64,000 bases of DNA from Malacoraja senta (Eukaryota). The stretch covers positions 7,504,001-7,568,000 of the forward strand of contig CM075988.1 in the NCBI GenBank assembly GCA_038087875.1. The letters are read 5' to 3'. Shown here in pieces: positions 53,108 through 64,000 of this stretch (position 1 is the stretch's first letter; each line of letters begins with the position of its first letter). A model generated the notes under the pieces. It had not been told where the DNA came from and ran no database searches. It worked only from the letters and a program-made list of their open reading frames with translations. The translations under genes and the position numbers were made by a program.

Positions 53108-53560
53108 ATAAGGTCATAAGGAATAGGAGTAGAATTCAGCCATACGGCCCATCAAGTCTACTCCGCCATTCAATCATGGCTGATCTATCTCTCCCTCCTA
53201 ACCCCATTCTCCTGCCTTCTCCCCATAACTTCTGACACCTGTACTAATCAAGAATCTATCTATCTCTGCCTTAAAAATATCCTTGCCCTCTACAGCCTTC
53301 TGTGGTAAAGAATTCCACAGATTCACCACCCTCTGACTAAAGAAATTTCTCCTCATCTCCTTCCTAAAAGAACGTCCTTTAATTCTGAGGCTATGACCTC
53401 TAGTCCTAGACTCTCCCACTATTGGAAACATCCTCTCCACACCACTCTATACAAGCCTTTCACTATTCTGTATGCTTCAATGAGGTCCCCCTTCATTCTT
53501 AGAAACTCCAGCGAGTACAGGCCCAGTGCCGACAAATGCTCATCATAGGTTAACCTACTC
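53108..53560 (-). mobile_element. CR1 LINE 3' fragment
   Basis: MFPIVGESRTRGHSLRIKG..FFSQRVVNLWNSLP on the minus strand. Confidence 0.9.
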
Positions 53561-55959
53561 AAGGAAGCTGGATATAAGGTGCAAAACACACTGACTTTTC
53601 TCTTTGGTTTTAATGCAGCATCTAAGGATGTAATGGAAAATTACCTCTGCTGAAAGAGGTGTAAGTGAAATATATTGTTTGGTTTAATTTATTGTCATGT
53701 GTACCGAAGTACCGTGAAAAACTTTTGTTGCGTGATAATCAGTTAGCGGAAAGATTATACATGATTACAATCGAGCCATCCACAGCGTATAGGTACATTA
53801 TGAAGGGAATAAAGTGCAAGATAAAGTCCAGGAAATGGACTGAATGGACTGATGCTGCTGTTGGTTGTAGGCACAGGGTCACAGGACCACATGAGGGCAT
53901 CACAACTCATCAGCAATCTCCCTGAAGGAAAGGGAGGGATAATGAAAAGTGAGGGTTAATCCTGAATCCAAGAATTCCCAAGATGTTGAAATGAAGGCTT
54001 ATCACATTTGGCTGTAGCTTTAACTAATTTCCCAGTACTTCGAAGCTCCTAGATCTCATCCTTTTTCAGGATGGCTTATTGGCTTTCAAAAGTAATGTTT
54101 CAAGTCGCCTCAGCATTGTTCCTTATTACATCCTGGCCTCGGGTTAATTTTCCATTTTGATGCTTCATACGATGAGAACTTATCCACAAATGATGTTTGA
54201 CATCGGTGTCCTGATCAATTGAACTCTCTCGCACCGTGGGCTACAAGTTTGTAACCTGTCACAGATCAATCTGGTAAAGTGAAGTGGATGTCTTCTAGAT
54301 ATTCACTCCAGTCAGAAGTTGACTGTGGACTGTCGTCAATGGTTCATTTATAGATCTCCTGAATTGCATGAATGTTGAAGAGTTGAAATGGCAGATCCGG
54401 AGATGTACTCTAATCACCTTTCCACTCGTCTCTGCTGCAGTGAGAATCGGGGAACTCCATTTTTTATATTTAGCACATCCGAGCAATTTCCCTTTTTATT
54501 TTTCTGCTGCATCTTAATTCTAATTACGTTGATTTGTTTTTTGTCCCTGTTTGAAGTTTATTAAGCAGAATATTTTTTATTTATTGTCATTTTTGCTGGC
54601 TCTTGCCAGCTTTTCCAATTACTGCAGCAGCTCCTTGTAATTGCTTCTGGTAATGGCTGTGAACAATTGCGCAAAATGAGCTGCCTGGATGGCTTGTGTG
54701 ATTCACTTCATTAAAAGCTAATGTATTCCAACTTAAGCAGTCGGCTAGTCATGAGCAAAAAGAACAAGTACATGGTTTCGCCTTTAGTGTTTTGGTCTAA
54801 AATTAATTTTAATTTACATTTTGAGTTTTCTGTGCTGCTACAGCTTTCTGTTGGAAATGGAGTCATCAAGACCAAAATTATTTTTTTAATTTTACCATAA
54901 TTTGGACATTCAGGATTAGTTGGAATTAGTTGTTATTGTATCCCTTTTACAAGAATATTCCCGCCAGATTCTCCTAACGCTTCATTCTTGTCCATGCAAG
55001 TTGAAACTAGTAATTTTACTATTTTATATATCTAATCTGTTTTAAGTAATGAGATAGCTATTCCTTCAGGGTATCAGACTTGTAGTAACTAATGGGATTT
55101 GAACTGACATTGAACTACTCAGAGGATCCGAATATCACAACATGAATGGGATAGAATGACAGGGCTTCTGCTGGAGAATATTAAGCATGTGGCAAGAGGC
55201 TTCCTCCAAGAATTCCCAGGATGTCGTTTTCTGTTGGAATTAGAGTCACCAAGGCCAAAAGAACATGGGAGCTATTTGTTATTGTATCCATTTTACAAGA
55301 ATATTTGTGTCATAAGTGATAGGAGCAGAATGAGGCCATTCGGCTCATCAAGTATCGGATTCCTTTGGAGTGCCCAAGCTGTACATGCCAGAGTGAAGAG
55401 GGAACTGGTGTATACGGCTTGGACAATGGAACAGTAAAGTGTATGAGTGGGGCCTGGTGGTTGATCCTCTGATCCTCCTCTTTCACTCTTGGGCTGTGGG
55501 TGGGTTTAGGAAGATAGTGATGAAGTGTCAAAGGTTACCTTTGGTCACGTCTGCATATCATCCATTGAGCTGCCATATTGGCAGCTATTTGTGGTCTTCA
55601 ATGTTTCTTTATGGACACGTAGGCACTGCACTGTGAAATTCTTTTGCATAGATCACACATACATGAATTGCCATATTTTGGCGGCATTTACAAAAGTCCA
55701 AAGCCCGGTCTACGTTCTGGAGCGGCTCCCGATCCAGGCTCCTGATCCAGGTCTTAAACTATAGTTAAATTACACAAAACACGTTCCAAGTCTACCATTT
55801 CATCTGATTAAAATCTTTTCAATATCTTCCATCCTGCGCGCTATTTATATTTCTTTTCCATTTATCTCTGATTAAAACTATTTCTGGGCACTATATCCTG
55901 GATGTTGTCTTTTTGTCACAAACATGCATCTCTTTAAATATCTGGAATATGGATATTTG

Positions 55960-56265
55960 ATTGGAAGATACAGCATGGAAACAGGCCCTTCGGCCCGCAA
56001 AATTCACACCGACTGAACACCCGTTCGCATTAGTTCCATGATATCCCACTTTCTCATCCACATCCCAACACACTGGGAACAATTTACACAAGCCAATTAA
56101 CCTACAAACATGCATATCTTTGGGAATGGATAGGATTCCGGAGCATCCAGAGGAGTCACAAAGAAAACATGCAAACTCAACATAGGCAGCACCCGAGGTC
56201 AGGATGGAATATGGGTCTCTGGTGCTATGGTGCAACAGCTCTATTAGCTGCGTCACTGTGCCCCT
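55960..56265 (-). mobile_element. tRNA-derived SINE
   Basis: Diverged consensus copy. Confidence 0.8.
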
Positions 56266-56481
56266 CATACTTCCTGGGATAAACCCAGTTGTGTTGGCTC
56301 CTTCGTTTTAATGAATTGCTTGTTCATTAATACCTTTGAATGGTTTGAGCTGTTGACTATCGATCAGCAAGTAGGTGAAAATTTGAAACAAAGTTGCTGT
56401 AATTTGGAATAGCTCGATGTGGATGTGATAAAAGTGATCCTGATGTCAGTTTGTCCACGCCTGATCCAGCATGTTTGCTTT

Positions 56482-56795
56482 GGGCGGCACCGATAGTGCC
56501 GCAGTGACAGAGTTGCTGCCTTACAGCGCCAGTGGCCCGGGTTCCATCCTGACTAGGGGTGCTGAAGGTATGGAGTTTGTACGTTCTTCCTGTGACCACG
56601 TGGGTTTTCTCCAGGTGCTCTAGTTTCTTTCCATATTCCAAAGACATGCTGGTTTATAAGTTAATGGGCTTTCGTAAATTCTTCCTAGTGTGTATGATAG
56701 AACTAGTGCAGGATAGAAATAGTGGTGATCTTTGGTTGGCGGGGACTCGGTGAACTGAAGGACCTGATCCCACACTGTGTCTCTAAACTAAGCTA
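56482..56795 (+). mobile_element. tRNA-derived SINE followed by a (GT)n microsatellite (56804-56847)
   Basis: Consensus head, core and tail. Confidence 0.85.
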
Positions 56796-56817
56796 AATTC
56801 AACGTGTGTGTATACTG

Positions 56818-56848
<31 letters not shown>

Positions 56849-57559
56849 TTTTGTGATGGGTACACATTGACACATGACTGAGTGACAATTGCCCAGACCC
56901 TGACAAAGTATCTGAGTCTTTCTCTGGTATATTGCAAGGTCAAACCTTTTTTTCTGTAGTCTTCCAAGCTTAGCCTCTTAAGATATTTATACAATTTTCT
57001 TTGGAATGGAAAGTGACGCAATGGAAAATTACCATTTGTATCTTCTAATATCCTCTCAGGCAATGAATTAAATTTCATAAGTTTCCAGGTCTCAACAAAA
57101 AAAAAGTTATCTTTTGCTATCTCTGTCAAACCCCTTGTTCTTCTTGGAGCAGATGTGATTGATCCCAGCTTACCTAATTTCTGCAGGAAACTAGACCCTC
57201 ATCCATATTATAATTTCGAGGAAATCTCTTTGTGCTCTTTCCAATGCCTTGATTTCTTTCCTACTGCGCTGAGTTCAAAACCGAATACTCAGTTGGGGTC
57301 TAACCTGTGATTTAATGAAGTTGTGCAGTATTATATTGCCTTTGCATTCTCTTTGTCCTTGTATAATAATCCCAGGACCTTTTGTGATATTTGAGCAGTG
57401 TTATCAACTTATTTTAAAGTCTATGTGGACCATCCCACTTAAAATTCCTTCTCCTCATTCTATCCCCCATCAGGATGCTCAGCCTTTCACTGCTTTGTGT
57501 ATTGTCTGCTGTGAATCTTCCCTTTTTTATGGCTAATCTTTGTTTGTCTGCTCGCTATA

Positions 57560-57958
57560 TTTAGTTTAGTTTAGAGATACAGCCTTTCGACTCCCCTCGA
57601 GCCAACCAGTGATCCCCGTATACCAGCACTATCCTACACACTAGACAATTTTCCTTTTTTTAACCGAAGCCAATTGACCTACAAAGTTGTACGTCTTTAG
57701 AGTGTGGAAGGAAACCGGAGCGCCTGGAGAAAACCCACGTAGGTCATGGGAGAACGTACAAACTCCATACAGACAGCACACGTAGTCAGGGCCGAACCTG
57801 GGTCTCCAGCGCTGTAAGGCAACAACTCTACCACTGCGGAGGTAGACAAAAATGCTGGAGAAACTCAGCGAGTGAGGCAGCATCTATGGAGCGAAGGAAA
57901 TAGGCAACGTTTCGGGTCAAAACCCTTCTTCAGACTCTACCGCTGCGCCACCGTGCTG
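57560..57958 (-). mobile_element. tRNA-derived SINE interrupted by a Penelope hammerhead unit (57839-57933)
   Basis: ACTCTACC(A/G)CTGCG duplicated at 57825-57838 and 57934-57947. Confidence 0.88.
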
Positions 57959-58276
57959 GCCACAGAAGTTAACTTCTGTGAAATTAAAAATTATGCCCTT
58001 TTATATCCAGAACCGTTGTGTATTGAAGAGAGTTGTGGTCCTCACACCATCATCTAGGGATTGTACTTCCCATTAGTCTGAAAGGTGTCTTTTCACCATT
58101 GCTCTGATTTCTGTTACTGAACCAGCTTTGTATCAGTACTGCTCGTACTACAGTTCAGGTTTCGACTTTGCTAGTGTGTCTATCTTGTGGCACTTCATCA
58201 CAACATCATTTGATATTCTGCATTAACAACATGAACAGTACTGTGTACATCAGCATTCTCCATTATTTCATCGTAT

Positions 58277-59510
58277 GGTGACACAGTGGCGCAGCTGGTA
58301 GAACCGCTGCCTCGCAGCACAAGAGACCAGGGCTCTATCCTGATCTTGGGTGCTGTATGTATGGAGTTTGCACATTCTCCCTGTGACTGCGTGACTTTCC
58401 TTCCCGTGCACCGGTTTCCTCCCACACTCCAAAGAAGTGTGGGTTGGTAGGTTAATGGCCTCATTGAATTGCTCCAAGTGTGTAGGGAATGGAAGTGACT
58501 AAAGAACTAGTTTGAATGGGTGTTCGATGGTCAGCATGGACTTGGTGAGCTGAAGGGTCTGTTTCCATGCTGTATCTCTGAGCCAAACTAAAATTCATTT
58601 GTTTAACTGTCATTGATCTATAGGAAGTTTAATATGCCAGAACATTAGAGTTAGCTGTGACATGGAACCAGAGATGTACAATGGGCACCTCGAGAGGTGG
58701 TGCTGCATTTCAGTTAGTTTTACTGATGAACCAAAAACGTTTTGGTTACTTGGGGTTTGCTAAACCAAGATTGTGTTTGGCACAAGTTGTTCCTGTTTTG
58801 TTTACCTTAGTTTAAAAATACAGCATGGAGACAGGCCCTTCAGCCCTCCTTGTCCACGACGACCATTGGTCACCCCATGCGCCTGTTCTATGCCATCCCA
58901 CTTTCACATCCTGCACCCCAGGTGCAATTTACAGAGGCCAATTTACCTACAAACATGTACGTCTTTGTATTGTGGGAGGAAACCGGAGCACCCGCAGAAA
59001 ACCCACGCAGTCATAGGGGGAATGTACAAACTCCGTACAGACCACACCTGTAGCCGGGATCCAAGCTGGGTATCTGGCACCATGAGGCAGCAGCTCTACC
59101 CGCTGCACCACTCGGCCGCAGCTGTGTTGTCCATAGAACTGGTTTGGAGGGATAACGGTGACCAGTCCAGTGTATTAACTTGAAACACACCATCTTCTCA
59201 TAAAATAATCATTTTGTTATCTGAGATAGCTTCCTTCTTTAGACTTTTACTTTAGACAACAGAAACGGGTCTTTTGCCCCGCTGAGTTTGCGCTGCCCAG
59301 TGATCACCCCGTACACTAACACTATCCTACACACCAGGGACAACTAACATTTTTTACCGAAGCCAATTAACCTGCAAACCTGTACGTCCTTGGAGTGTGA
59401 GAGGAAACCGGAGCACTCAGAGAAAACCCACATGGTCACAGGGAGAAAGTACAAACTTTGTGCAGCCAGTACCCGTGGTCGGGATCGAACCCAGGTCTGT
59501 GCTGCCCTTC
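58277..59510. mobile_element. Cluster of three SINEs (58277-58592 +, 58806-59118 -, 59238-59510 -)
   Basis: Each matches the window's SINE consensus. Confidence 0.82.
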
Positions 59511-60574
59511 TGTGTGCTCAGGTGTTAATAACTTCACTTTTTTTTTGCAGGATTTGATTTGTACGCTTCTCTTTTTATTCTGACATTGAGTTCAAAGCAG
59601 TGCAGACGTATACCTGGAAATTCAGCTGTGGAAAAACAGCTGTTTAAACACTCGACTGGCTGAGTATTGCTGTTGAGAAGTGCATTACTCATCATATTGG
59701 ATTCAAATCGACTTGGCAGCAGCGGCTCGTGTGTAACATTTAAAGCCCAGAATAATTTTGTAAATTATGCCTTAGCACATCGTGCAACTCTGGGTTTTGA
59801 ATGTCTCAGTTTTCTATCTCACTATCCCAGGCAGCAGGATCTGTAAACCTCTCGGATTAACTGGGTAAGTGGACTGTCTTAATGGAAGGTCTCCATCTTT
59901 ATTCTCCCCCTTTTCCCCCCACTTGCCCCGCACCTCCAGGTGCATCATAAGGGAGTAGGGGAGGAAACCGGAGCACCTGGAGGAAACCCACATGGTCACA
60001 GGGAGAATGTGCAAACTCCACACAGACAGCAGACTGCCATTAGAAGAAAACAAAGAGGATGCATTTATAGTTTAGGTCGGTGAGTTTAGTTTATTGTCAT
60101 GTATTGCGAGGTACGGTGAAAAGCCTTTTTTGTTGAGTGCTGGCAAGTCAGCAGAAAGACAATACATGATTACAATCAAGCCGTCCACAGTGTATAGATA
60201 CGGAATAAAGGGAATAACATTTAGTGCAAGATCAATTCCAGAAGAGCCCGATTAAAGATAGCTTGAGGGTCCCAATGTGGTAGATGATAGATCTGGACTG
60301 CTCTCTAGTTGGTGATAGGATGGTTCAGTTGCTTGATAACAGCTGGGTAGAAGCTGTCTGTATGGAGTTTGCATGTCCTCCCTGTGACCGCGTAGGCTTT
60401 CTTCGGGTGCTCCGGTTTCCACCCACATTCCAAAGACGTGCAGGCTTGTAATTGTAACTTGCCCCTAGTGTGTAGGATAGTGCTAGTGTACAGGGGTGAT
60501 CACTGGTCAGCGCAGACTCGGTGGGCTGAAAGGCCTGTTTCCGTGCTGTAGCTCGAAGATTTAATCCACTGTTA

Positions 60575-60822
60575 AGGGCCTGTCCCACTTGCCGATTTTA
60601 TCGCCCACTGCCGGCGTCATTGACTGACGTATCAGGGCCGCCGAAAGATTTTGAACATTTCAAAATCCAGCGGTGACGAAAAAAAATGTTGCGACACTTG
60701 AGGTAACACTGCGCGTCAATACGACGTCACGCCGGATCACGCCGCGACTTTTATGGTGACCTGATACGTCAGTCAATGATGCCGGCAGTCACCGATAAAA
60801 ACCGCCAAGTAGGACAGGCCCT
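60575..60822. mobile_element. PIF/Harbinger-type MITE
   Basis: TIR AGGGCCTGTCCCACTTG / CAAGTAGGACAGGCCCT with long imperfect arms. TTA TSD at 60572-60574 and 60823-60825. Confidence 0.9.
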
Positions 60823-61891
60823 TTACCTTGGAAAATAAAATCTGAAGATCCCCTAAAAACATCCTATCCATTCCTTCCACAGATGCTGCCTGCCCCGCAG
60901 AGTTACTCCAGCACTTTGTGTTTTGCCTTGCAAAGTAAAGTTGAACTGGAGGCACTTTTCACGATGAAGATTGGGAGCTGTGGGTGGAATGGTGGCAGCA
61001 GTGATGCAGGCATTATAGTTCATGGTTTAGGGAGTGGAACTGCGGTGTTGTGATCATATGTGGCAGAACAACAGCCGTCACACAGCCATTTCCACAGTCA
61101 GATTAAATCCAAGCCGAGGAGGTAATTTCCATCAGATCAGAATTAAATGGTTCTGTGTAAACAGGTCTTTAGAGAGTCTGGGAGCTGTGTTGATTTGATA
61201 ATGATTCTATTAAAACGAGATGCTGTGGGCACTGGCAGTGGCACCTCGCTGCTTTGCTATACGAATGTAAACTTTGAAAGCGTTTGGGTGGCTGCGGGAG
61301 GCAAAGATAATTGGCCGGGCATTTGATTGGGTGATTAGGCCGAGGCTATGATGGTGATTCAATTTGCATTATTTATTCATATAGTGTCAAATCGCTGCTT
61401 TTAGACACGATGCATTTTACATTAGTCGTATAATGAAGTGAAATTAAATGAAATGTATGCTTATATTTGAAATGTGTTAACATTTGAAGCATGAACACTA
61501 TAATTACCAGTGGCATTTGTGTCTTTTGAAAGCACATCTACTAGTAATTCTGGCTTGCAGCCACCCTTCGGGGGGGGGGGGGGGGGGCAATGGGGTGGTT
61601 GGGGGGAGGCAGTATTTGTGGTGTGGATGCGGGGATTGCGGGTGAAAACGATGGCAGTCGTATTTTGTTTGCAAAGTCAAGAATCAGTCTCGTGCTAATC
61701 TCGCGCTATCAATGAGTAGCAGTGTTTTAAACGTCAAACCAGCATCTACGCTTGCATCTAGGCCATTTGATGCCATTTGACATTTGATGCCATGTTCTCG
61801 GCCTTGCCTCTCCAAGGGCAAGGCACTACATTTATATTGTATGTAGGATACACAAAGAACTGCAGATGCTGGAAACTTACGTCAAACACTT

Positions 61892-62180
61892 GGGCGGTGG
61901 TGCAGTGGTAGAGTTGCTGCCTTACAGCGGGTTCGATCCTGACTATGGGTGCTGTCTGTATGGAGTTTATACGTTCTCTGAGTGACCTCGTTGGTTTTCT
62001 CCGGGAGCTCCGGTTTCCGTCCACGCTCCTAAGACGTACAAGTTTGAGGCTAATTGGGCTGGTAAAATGGTAAATTGTCCCTAGTGTGCATGGTGTTAGT
62101 GTGTGGGGATCACTGATTGGTGCGGACTTGGTTGGTCGAAAGGCCCGATTCCTCACTGTATCTCTAAACTAAACTAAATT
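61892..62180 (+). mobile_element. tRNA-derived SINE
   Basis: GGTTCGATCC B-box and consensus tail. Confidence 0.85.
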
Positions 62181-62803
62181 AAATGAAACAAAGTGCAGGA
62201 GTAACTCAGCGGGTCAGGCAGCATCTCTGGAGGACATGGATAGGAGACGTTTCGGGTGAGACCCTTCAGTCTCCTAACGTTTTGATTAGCCCGTTCAAAT
62301 GGGCGTTAAAGATCCTCACGAGTTTGGGGGACGAAAATAAATACCAGCATTCAGAAAACATTTAACTTAACACAGTCGTTCCAAAGTCCAGAAAGCAGCC
62401 GTATCTCCCTCTGCAACTTGCTGCATTCCAGCAATTTACTGTGTGAATTTCTCCGACCATGTGGCAATTCTTATGTAAACAAAAGTTATTCCTTTCTGAC
62501 TTCAAGCCGTCCACGCTGCTTGCTTCTGGCCGGCTGGAGAATGATAATACATTCTGCTTTGTACGTGGGTGTCTTTACAAACGGGCTAAGTTTACCTTTG
62601 ACTCAGGGAGCGCAGTGATGAAGCGGCGAACTATTGGCAGATCACCCACCTGAACCGTGTGCGACCTGCAGGGTAAATGTGTGGCAGCTCACCCAGCTCT
62701 CTGTCTTGTTCACCATTTCACAGCTGCATGTCTGCAGATGCAGCATGGAAACAGGCCCTTCGGCCTACCGAGTCTAAGCCGACCCTCGTTCACACTAGTT
62801 CTA

Positions 62804-63084
62804 CAGACACAAAATGCTGGAGTAACTCAGTGGGCCAGGCAGCATCACTGGAGAAAAGGAATGGGTGACGTTTTGGGTCGGAACCTTTCTTCAGACTGAG
62901 ATAGAAAAGGCCAGAATACGGAGGTTACACATAAATTTTGGCCTTCTCTATCTTTCAGCCTGAAGAAGTGATCCAACCTGAAACGTCACCTAATCCTTTT
63001 CTCCAGAGATGCTGCCTGACCTGCTGAGTTACTCCAGCATTTTGTGTCTATCTTCAGTATAAACTAGCATCTGCAGTTCCATCT
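62804..63084. mobile_element. Fold-back Penelope hammerhead pair inserted in a SINE (62715-63318, minus), 15-bp TSD
   Basis: TTCACACTAGTTCTA at 62789-62803 and 63085-63099. Confidence 0.88.
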
Positions 63085-64000
63085 TTCACACTAGTTCTAT
63101 TTTATTCCACTTTCGCATTCACTCCCTCCACATTAGGGGCCATTTAGAGAAGCTAATTAACCTACAATCCCGCACGCCTTCAGAGCACTCGGAGGAACCC
63201 AGTGAGGTCAGAAGGAGAGTGTGCAGACTCCACATGGACAGCACTCGAGGTCACGATCGAACCCGGGTTTTGAACGCTGTAAGGCAGCAGCTTCACCAAC
63301 TGTGCCACTGTGTCGCCCTGTTTTGTCCTGTTATATTGTGTAACTGCTGCTTGAGAGAGTACATAAGAAAGAATAACTTGCATGCCTTTGGTGGTAGTTT
63401 TGAAGAGAGAACTTTGGGTGAATTATATTCCTGTTGGCATTCGTCAATTGAAATTGTCCTCAATCTAGCCTTGCCCAGCGATTGGAATCTAAGTTACATT
63501 TTCAGATTAATTAGTTGTCACCGAGATTGTAAAACTACTTGTGTGAACCCTAATGATCTGCACCAAGGCAACCAATCTGGAAAACCTATCACACTGCCAC
63601 CAATGCGGGAGAGCGGACCTGGGACTATATTGAATACTGTTGTAACTTTGTCGAGCCCCATACTCTTTGCATACTTGTGTATTGTAGGCAGAACAAAGAA
63701 TTTCACTGTACCAAGTACATGTGACAATAAAGTATCAAAGAATCAATCATGGGATGGATGTATGGGTGTGGTTACAAACTCCCAAGTGTGAGTGTGTTGG
63801 ATAACACGTTATGTTCCATCTCAGGATTGTAGCCGCATGTCGTAAATTGAACCTTTGATCAGAGTACAGTGGGGATTGAAGGAGGGAAGGGATCAGAGTA
63901 GGGTTTGCGAGAGAGTTGAGCAGGTGACAAGGGCTTGTGTGAGTGCCAAGTCTGTGCACTGGAACAACCCTAGCAGATCTTGGTCTCCAATTGTCTTGGG

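Noticed and set aside
59831..59864. 34-bp candidate exon with GTAAGT donor
   Set aside because: Two of three frames are closed, the open frame is phase-incompatible with the 19891 exon, and there is no other support.
63219..63791. 190-aa ORF
   Set aside because: It starts inside an antisense SINE, crosses a Rex1-type tail and has no recognisable domain.

Overview
Eukaryotic (vertebrate) genomic DNA. The repeat inventory points to a cartilaginous fish, probably a skate or ray (inference, not verified). The window is mostly transposable-element sequence: many tRNA-derived HE1/V-SINE-like SINEs, CR1 3' fragments, a 5'-truncated L1 with TSD, a Rex1/Babar RT fragment with an open ORF, Crack/L2-like tails, an internally deleted Tc1, four PIF/Harbinger-type MITEs and a Penelope-like element with GIY-YIG endonuclease. 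Two things stand out. (1) About 20 short Penelope terminal-repeat units carry a minimal hammerhead-ribozyme core, insert on their own with TSDs and often form fold-back pairs. (2) A complete 8.4-kb provirus (41509-49916) has TG..CA LTRs, a 4-bp TSD, a tRNA-Pro PBS, a PPT and a nearly intact class-I-type gag with unusual extra Zn motifs, but no recognisable pro/pol. One candidate 64-bp host exon and several unique, enhancer-like islands suggest the window lies in a long intron. No host gene could be named. Boundaries of degraded repeats are approximate.
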